This document shows positions 48,362 through 56,564 of a stretch of 64,000 bases of DNA, piece by piece. A program made the translations under genes and the position numbers. The notes under the pieces were generated by a model. The model saw only the letters and a list, made by a program, of their open reading frames with translations. It was not told the DNA's origin and did not search any database. Every line of letters begins with the position of its first letter. Positions within the stretch are counted from its first letter, which is position 1. The stretch spans positions 46,822 through 110,821 of the forward strand of contig JBHPFV010000002.1 in assembly GCA_042571705.1 (NCBI GenBank), given 5' to 3'. Source of the DNA: Candidatus Omnitrophota bacterium (GTDB lineage: Bacteria; Omnitrophota; Gorgyraeia; JAFGHF01).

Positions 48362-49102
48362 TTAATACTTAACCCTGATCAGACACAGGCCTTTTGCCGG
48401 TGCGCAGGGTCCGGCATCAACCCTGCTTTTAGCGGCTAAGATCCTGGGTATATCTTCCGGTTTAATCTTGCCGCGACCGACTTCAATTAAAGTGCCGACA
48501 ATGTTCCGGACCATTTTGTATAGAAAGCCGTCGGCGGCAATGTCAAATTGAATGGCCTTGCCCTTCCGGGAAACTTTTAAACTCTGGATTGTCCGGACCG
48601 CGTCTCTATTGACCTTGTCCACAGCCTGAAAAGAGCGTAAGTTATGCCGTCCCAGGAGGTAAACAGCGGCTCGTTTAATCTTTTCTATATCCAAAGGACA
48701 CTTCACCAAATAGCTAAAATGACGCAGTTGCGGCGAAAGAAATGGCTGATTAACGATTGTATACCGATAGTGTTTGCTGCGTGCGGAAAAACGGGCGTGA
48801 AAATCAAGCGGGGCATTACAAATGCTTTTAATTCGGATATCTACGGGCAAGATACTGTTTAGACCGCGAGAAATATTATTGAGCTTTAGCTTAGAATTGG
48901 TCTTAAAATTGGCTACTTGCCCCAGGGCGTGTGTGCCGGCATCGGTCCGGCCCGAACCAACCAGCTTGACATTTTCTTGCAAAATCTTGGCTAAGGCCTG
49001 CTCAATTGTCTGTTGTATAGTCTTTTTCTTGTGTCTTTTCTGGATCTGCCAACCGGCGTAATTTGTCCCGTCATACTCAATAGTTATTTTAAGGTTGCGC
49101 AT
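48362..49102 (-). CDS. truA: tRNA pseudouridine(38-40) synthase TruA
   Basis: IEYDGTNYAGWQIQ ... GSGRTDAGTHALGQV catalytic Asp region. Confidence 0.9.
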   Translation of the reverse strand: MRNLKITIEYDGTNYAGWQIQKRHKKKTIQQTIEQALAKILQENVKLVGSGRTDAGTHALGQVANFKTNSKLKLNNISRGLNSILPVDIRIKSICNAPLDFHARFSARSKHYRYTIVNQPFLSPQLRHFSYLVKCPLDIEKIKRAAVYLLGRHNLRSFQAVDKVNRDAVRTIQSLKVSRKGKAIQFDIAADGFLYKMVRNIVGTLIEVGRGKIKPEDIPRILAAKSRVDAGPCAPAKGLCLIRVKY

Positions 49103-50079
49103 ACCAACTCGGCAATCTGCACCGCATTCAGCGCCGCGCCCTTGCGTAAATTATCGGCCACTATCCATAACCAAAAACCATTTTTTACAAATGGATCTTT
49201 TCTGATCCGGCCGACAAACACATCATCGGTTCCGGCAGCATCAATCGGCAGCGGATAGGCGCCGCTTTCAGGCTGATCAATGACCTTAATCCCTGAACTC
49301 TTGCCTAAGAGCTGTTTAATTCTTTTTACGGTAATATTACGCTTGGTCTCAAGATAGACCGCCTCACTATGTCCGATGGCCACAGGCACCCGGACACAAG
49401 TAGCGCTGATTCTGATGTTTTTATCATGCATAATCTTGTGGGTTTCATCGACCATCTTCCATTCTTCCGAAGTATAGTCGCATTTGCCAAAACCACCGAT
49501 ATGCGGAATTACATTTCTTGATATTTGTGAACTAAAGGCCGGCTCTATTACTTGTTCGGCCCTGGTTTCGCTCTCCAGTTGTCTTAAGCCCCCACGCCCA
49601 GCTCCGGAAACAGCCTGATAACTGCAGGCAATCGCCCTTTTTAAACCTGCGGCCTGATAGATCGGCCAAAGGGCAACCACAAACTGAATAGTGGAACAAT
49701 TTGGGTTAGCAATCAATCCGCGATGTTTTTTAACATCTTCGGGGTTGACCTCAGGAACCACCAAAGGTACGCCTTTCTTTAAGCGAAAATCGGCGCCGTT
49801 ATCAATCACTACGGCCCCGCTTTTGATCGCATCCGGGGAATAGGTTACGGCCGCCCCTTTTTCTCCTTCTGTCCCCGCAAATAACGCAATATCTATACCC
49901 TCAAAGGCATCGGCCGAAATTTTCTGGACATTATACTTTTGATCATCAAAGACCACTTCGCGATTACTCCGCGCAAACACACGCAGTTCATTGATCGGAA
50001 ACTTTCGCTGACGCAAAACGCGCAACATTTCCTCACCGACCGCCCCGACACCAACTACCGCTACATTATATTTCCTCAT
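49084..50079 (-). CDS. asd: Aspartate-semialdehyde dehydrogenase
   Basis: VAVVGVGAVG Rossmann motif and active-site Cys (NPNCSTIQ). The ATG overlaps the leuB stop (ATGA). Confidence 0.9.
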   Translation of the reverse strand: MRKYNVAVVGVGAVGEEMLRVLRQRKFPINELRVFARSNREVVFDDQKYNVQKISADAFEGIDIALFAGTEGEKGAAVTYSPDAIKSGAVVIDNGADFRLKKGVPLVVPEVNPEDVKKHRGLIANPNCSTIQFVVALWPIYQAAGLKRAIACSYQAVSGAGRGGLRQLESETRAEQVIEPAFSSQISRNVIPHIGGFGKCDYTSEEWKMVDETHKIMHDKNIRISATCVRVPVAIGHSEAVYLETKRNITVKRIKQLLGKSSGIKVIDQPESGAYPLPIDAAGTDDVFVGRIRKDPFVKNGFWLWIVADNLRKGAALNAVQIAELVCATLK

Positions 50080-51161
50080 TCTTTTCCTTTTCGCTTTAAG
50101 AGGTTTTGGCACACTAAATCTCCGACTTCGGAAGTGGAATATCCCATCTTGCCGGCAGAGAGGCTCTGTAATTTATTTCCGGTAACATACATTACCGCAT
50201 TTTCGACCATTTGCCCGGCTTCCTTTTCACCCAACTGCCTGAGCATCATCTCCAAGGCGCAAATTGAGGCCAGCGGATTAATGACATTTTTTCCAGTATA
50301 TTTAGGCGCTGAGCCGCCAATCGGCTCAAACATCGAGACGCCCCCGGGGTTAATGTTACCTCCGGCAGCGATACCCATGCCGCCCTGAATCATCGCGCCC
50401 AAATCAGTAATAATATCACCAAACATATTGTCGGTCACAATTACATCAAACCACTCGGGATTTTTAATCATCCACATGCAAGTGGCATCCACATGCGCAT
50501 AATCGGTTTGGATATCCGGATAGTCTTTGGCCACTTGATTAAACAAGCGCTCCCAAAGGCCCCAGGCATAAGTCAAGACATTAGTCTTGCCGCAAAGAGT
50601 AAGCTTCTTTCTTTTATTGCGCTGGCGGGTAAACTCAAAGGCAAACCGTAGGCAGCGCTCAATCCCTAAGCGGGTATTGCGTGAGACTTGAACCGCCACT
50701 TCATCATCGGCCCCTTGATTAATAAATTCTCCCTCACCCACATAGAGACCCTCGTTATTCTCCCGGACCACCACAAAATCAATATCCTCAGGCAACTTGT
50801 CCTTTAAAGGCGTCCAAACTCCGGGGTAGAGTTTGACCGGACGTAAATTAATGTACTGATTCAGGCCAAATCTAATCTTTAGCAGTAACCCTTGCTCTAA
50901 AATCCCCGGTTTGACCCGCGGGTCGCCGACCGCGCCAAGAAAGATGGCATCAAATTGCTTAAGACCCTCAAGTTGGGCGTCGGTTAGCACTTCTTTAGTT
51001 TTCAGATAGCGTTCGGCACCGTAGTCAAATTCCTGGGCCTGGTATTTAAAGCCGCAGATTTTACTCACTGCCTCTAAGACCTTTAAGCCTTCGCGGACTA
51101 CCTCTGAACCAGTACCGTCTCCGGCGATTACGGCTATTTTATATTTTTCTTTCTTATCCAC
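50076..51161 (-). CDS. leuB: 3-isopropylmalate dehydrogenase
   Basis: [14 protein letters not shown]-terminus. IMDH/IDH signature NMFGDIITD. Confidence 0.9.
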   Translation of the reverse strand: MDKKEKYKIAVIAGDGTGSEVVREGLKVLEAVSKICGFKYQAQEFDYGAERYLKTKEVLTDAQLEGLKQFDAIFLGAVGDPRVKPGILEQGLLLKIRFGLNQYINLRPVKLYPGVWTPLKDKLPEDIDFVVVRENNEGLYVGEGEFINQGADDEVAVQVSRNTRLGIERCLRFAFEFTRQRNKRKKLTLCGKTNVLTYAWGLWERLFNQVAKDYPDIQTDYAHVDATCMWMIKNPEWFDVIVTDNMFGDIITDLGAMIQGGMGIAAGGNINPGGVSMFEPIGGSAPKYTGKNVINPLASICALEMMLRQLGEKEAGQMVENAVMYVTGNKLQSLSAGKMGYSTSEVGDLVCQNLLKRKGKE

Positions 51162-51625
51162 TGCATCAATCCTCCTGCTCTAATCAACTCCTGCATAAAC
51201 TTAGGAAATTTTTGGGCGTAATAGACCTTGGCTTGCGCCAGATCGGAAATTTCACCTTTATCTAAATCTATTTCCAGCAAGCTATTATTTTTAATCTGTT
51301 GAGCCTGCTGACAGTCCAAAATCGGCAGGCCGATATTGATCGCGTTGCGATAAAAAATCCGGGCAAAACTCACGGCCACTACACAAGAAAAACCGGCGGC
51401 CTTAATCGAAACCGGCGCATGTTCCCGAGACGAACCACAGCCAAAGTTCTCACCGGCTACCATCAGATCGCCCTTTTTCACGGCCTTAGCCAACCCCGGC
51501 TGAATGCCTTCCATACAATGCCGGCCTAATTCCTTGGGATCGCTAATGTTTAAGAACCTGGCCGGAATAATCTCATCCGTATTAACATCATTACCGAACT
51601 TATGTACTCGACCTTTTAACTTCAT
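51134..51625 (-). CDS. leuD: 3-isopropylmalate dehydratase small subunit
   Basis: [13 protein letters not shown] ... [14 protein letters not shown]. Confidence 0.9.
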   Translation of the reverse strand: MKLKGRVHKFGNDVNTDEIIPARFLNISDPKELGRHCMEGIQPGLAKAVKKGDLMVAGENFGCGSSREHAPVSIKAAGFSCVVAVSFARIFYRNAINIGLPILDCQQAQQIKNNSLLEIDLDKGEISDLAQAKVYYAQKFPKFMQELIRAGGLMQWIRKKNIK

Positions 51626-51631
51626 TAGGGT

Positions 51632-51670
51632 ACACTTCTCCGATTGATTTTAGGACACTTCTCCGATTGA
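51632..51670. promoter_or_regulatory. Two copies of a 16-nt direct repeat (acacttctccgattga), 23 nt apart, immediately upstream of the leuD start
   Basis: Exact 16/16 identity. On the gene strand each copy contains GGAGAAG (SD-like). It lies at the boundary between leuD and the low-GC insert. Confidence 0.4.
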
Positions 51671-51690
51671 GTTAAGAACCGGTCTTAGTT

Positions 51691-52119
51691 TTATGTGACA
51701 CGGTGGTTTGAGTTGCTGGATGTTTTTAATTTCTTAATGAGATTTATATAAATCGTCTTCAAATAATAGACGCCTACCAGAAAAGCTCCAACAAATAGCA
51801 AAGATTGAAATGAATTCAATCCTCTTGCATATGTATATTTAATCCAACCTCTATGTGCTTGTGCATGTGCCTCGAATAACGATTTAGCTACTTTTGATTC
51901 TCGCTCCGTCTTTGGGAAGAACTCACTGTGCATAGAAGTAAATTGCTCAGTAAAAGAATCATGGATATCTTTTACTTTTATGGCGGTCAAAAATATTGAT
52001 GTTATAGCTCCTATGATTAAAAGCATACCAATCCATAAGACAATCTTATCGCTTTTCTTGATTTCAGAATTTAGGATACGTTTTTCGATTTTGGTCAATT
52101 CCATATTCTTTGCTCTCAT
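51691..52119 (-). CDS. Small membrane protein (2 predicted TM helices), unknown family, within the low-GC insert
   Basis: Hydrophobic segments IVLWIGMLLIIGAITSIFLTAI and LLFVGAFLVGVYYL. AT-rich, Lys/Asn-rich codon usage unlike the neighbouring genes. Confidence 0.5.
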   Translation of the reverse strand: MRAKNMELTKIEKRILNSEIKKSDKIVLWIGMLLIIGAITSIFLTAIKVKDIHDSFTEQFTSMHSEFFPKTERESKVAKSLFEAHAQAHRGWIKYTYARGLNSFQSLLFVGAFLVGVYYLKTIYINLIKKLKTSSNSNHRVT

Positions 52120-52257
52120 ACCTTATTATTACATCCTACGTCGAAATCAGCAGCCTCACCCGTGGTTAACGCGTTGTAAGGGTCCGCTGGATTGATTTGT
52201 TAGACAAATATTTTAATACCATATTCTTTTAATATCCTCATTATAATTTGAAATATC

Positions 52258-52866
52258 TTACGGAAGCAATGAGGAAACATTTGCATCTTGATTAAGAATT
52301 GATGAATAACGTATGCAGAGTTTATCTAATCCTTCAACGGCTCGATGGATTTCATGCCATTTTATTTTTTTCTTCCCTTTTAATTTTCTTTGACTATGAG
52401 CAAAAATGGTATCAACCGTAGTGCCAATGCGTTTAGTATTTTTTTCAAACTTATTCAAGTCTGCAATGACATTTTTTTTAGGTAAGGCGTCGTTGCCGGC
52501 GCCAACGAGTGAATTAAAATCTTCCTGACCAAATCTTTTTATATGTTTAGGATACCGCCTGACATAGCTTCTTCTTGTAATAATTTGCGGGTTTTTGGCA
52601 ATAGATTGCATAAGGTGAAATAATGAGTAAGTCCTATTATCTTTATCAATAAGTCGGCGAATTCCCATTGCAACATGAGTTGCATAGTTCCTTTTTACCC
52701 AGTTAATAACAAGAGTGTTGTTTATGTATTTCTGGGAAGTATTTATGATTTCCATTGATTGACGAAAAATATAATTATCAATGAGGACACCGGTAACCAT
52801 TTTATTTATTTTTTTCATCCGGTATCGCCATTTAGCTCTGGTTTTGGAATAGTCTTTTTTATGCAT
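52258..52866 (-). CDS. Hypothetical 202-aa basic protein with a HEPN-like R-N-x3-H motif (candidate Abi/toxin-type RNase), within the low-GC insert
   Basis: ..WVKRNYATHVAMGIRRL.. matches the R[NHD]x3-5H HEPN signature. About 35% GC versus about 48% in the flanking genes. No other recognisable domain. Confidence 0.4.
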   Translation of the reverse strand: MHKKDYSKTRAKWRYRMKKINKMVTGVLIDNYIFRQSMEIINTSQKYINNTLVINWVKRNYATHVAMGIRRLIDKDNRTYSLFHLMQSIAKNPQIITRRSYVRRYPKHIKRFGQEDFNSLVGAGNDALPKKNVIADLNKFEKNTKRIGTTVDTIFAHSQRKLKGKKKIKWHEIHRAVEGLDKLCIRYSSILNQDANVSSLLP

Positions 52867-52975
52867 TTATATTTTGTCTAACAATTAATATAGGAAATTC
52901 GTATTTTGTGGTATTACTCTCGTTTGACCTTGCGAGGTGTCTTTGCAGAGCGAGCATTAGAATTTTTTCGGCAAA

Positions 52976-53160
52976 AGAGTTGTGAGCATTTACAGTGAGC
53001 AAATGGCGGAACTGACCGAGAAACACCAGATTATATTCTTACGAGGGAATTCCGCCAAATTTGCGAACTGCCCCTCCTTAAAGTAACCTTTAGCCGGCCA
53101 CGAGCGCAGCGAGTGGTAAATGCCACAACTCGGCGAAAAAATTCAGCGAGCGAGCAAAGA
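52976..53160. repeat. Copy 2 of the ~185-nt structured element (see 3226-3410)
   Basis: Same conserved blocks and hairpins as copy 1. Bounded by the inverted repeats gaattttttcg (52960-52970) and cgaaaaaattc (53135-53145). It lies 24 nt after the leuC stop and about 110 nt before the HEPN-like ORF. Confidence 0.8.
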
Positions 53161-53183
53161 TACCGAAGCAAGGTCAAAGAACC

Positions 53184-54467
53184 TTAAATTTCCTCAGGAT
53201 GGGCGATTCGTCCTTTGATCGCGCTGGCCGCGGCCACCGCCGGATTCGACAAATAGACCTTGCTGCTTAAGGCCCCCATCCGGCCCCGGAAATTACGATT
53301 AGTAGTGGCAATGGCCACCTCGCCTTCGCCCAGGATACCCATATGTCCACCCAGGCAAGGCCCGCAAGTCGGCGGGCACACTGTTGCCCCAGCCTTAACA
53401 AAAATGTCGATCAAGCGTAGCTTTAAGGCCAGGCGAAAGATTTGTTGCGTACCCGGAAAAACAATTAATCTGACCCGGGAATTAGCTTTACGCTTCCTCA
53501 AAATACTTGCCGCCGACATCAAGTCGGAGATCCGCCCATTAGTGCAAGAACCAATCACCGCTTGGTCAATGTTTATCTTCTTTAACCTGCCTACCGGCTG
53601 GACATTACTTGGTAAATGCGGGCAAGCCACCTGAGGCTCTAATTTGCTCACATCATATTCCCAAATTGCCGAGTATCTAGCCCCGGGGTCACTGCTTAGG
53701 CCTCTAAACTTCCTCATGTTTGCTTTGGTCAAGCTGGCCCCGGCCACCTGCCTAAGATAGGCGTGCGTTTTTTGATCGGGGGACACGATCCCTGATTTTG
53801 CGCCGGCTTCAATAGCCATATTACACATCGTAAATCTGCCATCCATAGATAAGCGCGTTATCGCCGGACCGGTAAATTCCATTGCTTTGTATAGCGCGCC
53901 GGATACGCCAATATCCGCTATAGTCCGCAGAATTAAATCCTTACCTCCAACCCAGTTACCGGCTGTTCCATGATAAACAAACTTTATTGATTCCGGCACA
54001 CGCAACCAAACCTCTCCAGTAATCCAGGCCGCGGCTAAATCAGTTGAGCCTATCCCGCTGGCAAATGCCCCCAGGGCCCCATAAGTACAGGTATGCGAAT
54101 CAGCCCCGATCACCAACTGGCCGGGTAAAATCAAACCTTTCTCCGGAAGTAAGACGTGCTCAATACCGCCAAGACCTAGCCGGTAAAAATGCTTAATCTT
54201 GTAATCACGCGCAAAATCCTCAACTAATTTATTTTGATTTGCGCTTTGGACATCCTTGCTAGGTACGAAGTGGTCACAGACTAAGGCCGCCTTAGCGCGG
54301 TTAAAAACCGCAGCGGCTCGGCTGGCCTTGAATTTGGCGATAGCCAACGGTGAAGTAATATCGTTGCCCAAGGCTAAATCGACCCGGGCATTAATAAACT
54401 CACCCGGGGCAATGTCCTTCTTATTTGTGTGCGCCAATAAGATTTTTTCGGTTATTGTTGAGCTCAT
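53184..54467 (-). CDS. leuC: 3-isopropylmalate dehydratase large subunit
   Basis: Aconitase-family Cys ligands (..GSCTNGR.., CGPCLG). 427 aa, archaeal/short type. Confidence 0.9.
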   Translation of the reverse strand: MSSTITEKILLAHTNKKDIAPGEFINARVDLALGNDITSPLAIAKFKASRAAAVFNRAKAALVCDHFVPSKDVQSANQNKLVEDFARDYKIKHFYRLGLGGIEHVLLPEKGLILPGQLVIGADSHTCTYGALGAFASGIGSTDLAAAWITGEVWLRVPESIKFVYHGTAGNWVGGKDLILRTIADIGVSGALYKAMEFTGPAITRLSMDGRFTMCNMAIEAGAKSGIVSPDQKTHAYLRQVAGASLTKANMRKFRGLSSDPGARYSAIWEYDVSKLEPQVACPHLPSNVQPVGRLKKINIDQAVIGSCTNGRISDLMSAASILRKRKANSRVRLIVFPGTQQIFRLALKLRLIDIFVKAGATVCPPTCGPCLGGHMGILGEGEVAIATTNRNFRGRMGALSSKVYLSNPAVAAASAIKGRIAHPEEI

Positions 54468-55687
54468 CAGACCACTGTGTCTTTGGGAACTACCACAATC
54501 CCGGAATCAGTAACGGTAAATCGTTTGCGATCTTCATCCAAGTCATATCCGATCTTGGTCCGCGGAGAAATGCTTACATTTTTATCGATTATTGACCGGC
54601 GAATTTTACTATGTCTGCCGACCTCGGTACCATGCATGATAATTGAGTTCTGGACTTCGGCAAAGCTATTAATCCGTACTGACGGAGAAAGCAGCGAGTA
54701 CCTAACCAGCCCCCCGCTAATAATACAACCGTTGGAAATTAAAGAATTAATCGCCCGGCCAATACGGGATTTATCCTCCTCACCACCCCAAACCGTTTTA
54801 GAAGGAGGAAACTGCCCTTCATAAGTCCGGATTGGCCAACTGCGATCATAAAGGTTAAATTCGGGGACAACTTTTACTAAATCCATATTGGCCTCATAAT
54901 AAGCGTCAATATCCCCAACGTCTCTCCAGTAATTAGCTTGTTTTGTCTGGGGATCTTTAAAATTAAAGGCGAATATCTTTCTCTTTTTACTCAGCATCTG
55001 GGGGATAATATTTTTGCCAAAGTCGTGTTCGCTGTTTTTTAGTTTGGCGTCTTCCTCCAGCTCATCAATTAGGGTCTGGCGGTTAAAGACGTAGACCCCC
55101 ATTGACGCGCAAGCAAGATTAGGCTGTCCAAAAAACGGTATAGCTTTTGTCGGTTTTTCATGAAAGCCCTTAATTTTCATTTTACGGTCGACATCCAGAA
55201 TTCCCAAACGCTGCGATCCTTCTTTGGGCGTCTCGATTACCGCAACAGTCAACTCGGCCTGCTGCTGGCGATGATATTCAATGATTTCGGAATAATCCAT
55301 TGTATAAACATGATCGCCTGATAAAATCAATACATAATCCGGGCGCTCCTCTTTTGCTAAATAGAGGTTCTGGTAAATAGAGTCGGCTGTACCTGAATAC
55401 CAAGATTCGCCGATTCTTTGTTGCGCCGGAATAGCGTCAATATATTCGCCTAGTTCACTATTCAAAATATTCCAGCCCATAATTAAGTGGTGGTGTAAAG
55501 AACTGGATTTATACTGCGTAAACACACAGATATTACGTAAACCGGAATTAATGCAATTGCTCAAGGTAAAATCGATAATCCGGTAAGTGCCGCCGAAAGG
55601 CACAGCCGGCTTAGTCCTTTCTCTGGTCAAAGGAAATAAACGCTCACCCTTTCCTCCGGCCATCACAAACGTTAAGACTTTAGTCAT
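54467..55687 (-). CDS. glgC: Glucose-1-phosphate adenylyltransferase
   Basis: MAGGKGERLFPLT...KPAVPFGG N-terminus plus left-handed beta-helix C-terminus. Confidence 0.9.
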   Translation of the reverse strand: MTKVLTFVMAGGKGERLFPLTRERTKPAVPFGGTYRIIDFTLSNCINSGLRNICVFTQYKSSSLHHHLIMGWNILNSELGEYIDAIPAQQRIGESWYSGTADSIYQNLYLAKEERPDYVLILSGDHVYTMDYSEIIEYHRQQQAELTVAVIETPKEGSQRLGILDVDRKMKIKGFHEKPTKAIPFFGQPNLACASMGVYVFNRQTLIDELEEDAKLKNSEHDFGKNIIPQMLSKKRKIFAFNFKDPQTKQANYWRDVGDIDAYYEANMDLVKVVPEFNLYDRSWPIRTYEGQFPPSKTVWGGEEDKSRIGRAINSLISNGCIISGGLVRYSLLSPSVRINSFAEVQNSIIMHGTEVGRHSKIRRSIIDKNVSISPRTKIGYDLDEDRKRFTVTDSGIVVVPKDTVV

Positions 55688-56544
55688 TATTTTACAATCC
55701 TGTAAGTTGGATAAGCAAACTGAACATCTCTTTGTTGGGAAAATTCCTCTAGAATGCTTTGGGAAATTCGATCTTGGGTGCTGCGCCTTTCCCTGACTCC
55801 GGTCAGGTAACGCAAGATCAACTCAATGCCATATTCAGCGATATTTACATAAACGATCGGGGTCAGTTTGTCATAATAAATCATGTATTCGTGGGCCATC
55901 CTGTTAATCGAAGCGGCTACCTGGGGCTGCAATTTGTCGATTTCCGGATTGGCATGCTTCACTAGGATCTCCTTTGCCTTCTGCCAGTTACTTTCGAAGC
56001 TGACCGTAATCTTAACTTCGTTCCAGACAAAATTAAACCCTTTGGTGTAGTTGAATACTTTTTCTTTATACACGGCGCTATTTGGCACATGGACCACCCG
56101 GCCTGTGCTCTGCTCGGCCTCAACCCAATTCCCTACTTCCAAAAGAGCGGTCTGGAACATCCGCACATCAATCACATCGCCCTTGACCGCACCGAGTTCT
56201 ACCCGGTCCCCGACCGTAAACGGACGTTTAAAAATTATCAACAGCCAGCCGGCAAAGCAAAGGATTACCTCTTGCAGGGCCACCACCAGTCCGGCGCCAA
56301 CAATACTGATCACCACAGTTACCGACTTTACTCCTTCCAGCCAAAATACCAAACCAAAGATTAGAATAACCAATACCGTAGAGTAAAGAGTGGTTTTGCG
56401 TGCCGTATGTCTTTTGCGCAAGTCTTTAATCTGGCGGTTGATAAACTGGATAATTAACAGCCCTAAAAGGTAAATGCTCGCCGCAAAAAGAAAAAACTGA
56501 ACAATATTAGTACTCAATAAATCAGATATTTTATAAATCATCAC
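55687..56544 (-). CDS. Small-conductance mechanosensitive channel (MscS family)
   Basis: Three TM helices followed by a conserved beta-domain (..FTVGDRVELG...G.V.DV....T.L). Confidence 0.8.
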   Translation of the reverse strand: MMIYKISDLLSTNIVQFFLFAASIYLLGLLIIQFINRQIKDLRKRHTARKTTLYSTVLVILIFGLVFWLEGVKSVTVVISIVGAGLVVALQEVILCFAGWLLIIFKRPFTVGDRVELGAVKGDVIDVRMFQTALLEVGNWVEAEQSTGRVVHVPNSAVYKEKVFNYTKGFNFVWNEVKITVSFESNWQKAKEILVKHANPEIDKLQPQVAASINRMAHEYMIYYDKLTPIVYVNIAEYGIELILRYLTGVRERRSTQDRISQSILEEFSQQRDVQFAYPTYRIVK

Positions 56545-56564
56545 AAACCTCCTTTAGGTAAATA

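Noticed and set aside
51980-52195. 71-aa + strand ORF inside the low-GC insert
   Set aside because: It is antisense to the 142-aa membrane-protein gene and spans its start region. It has no SD and is likely spurious.
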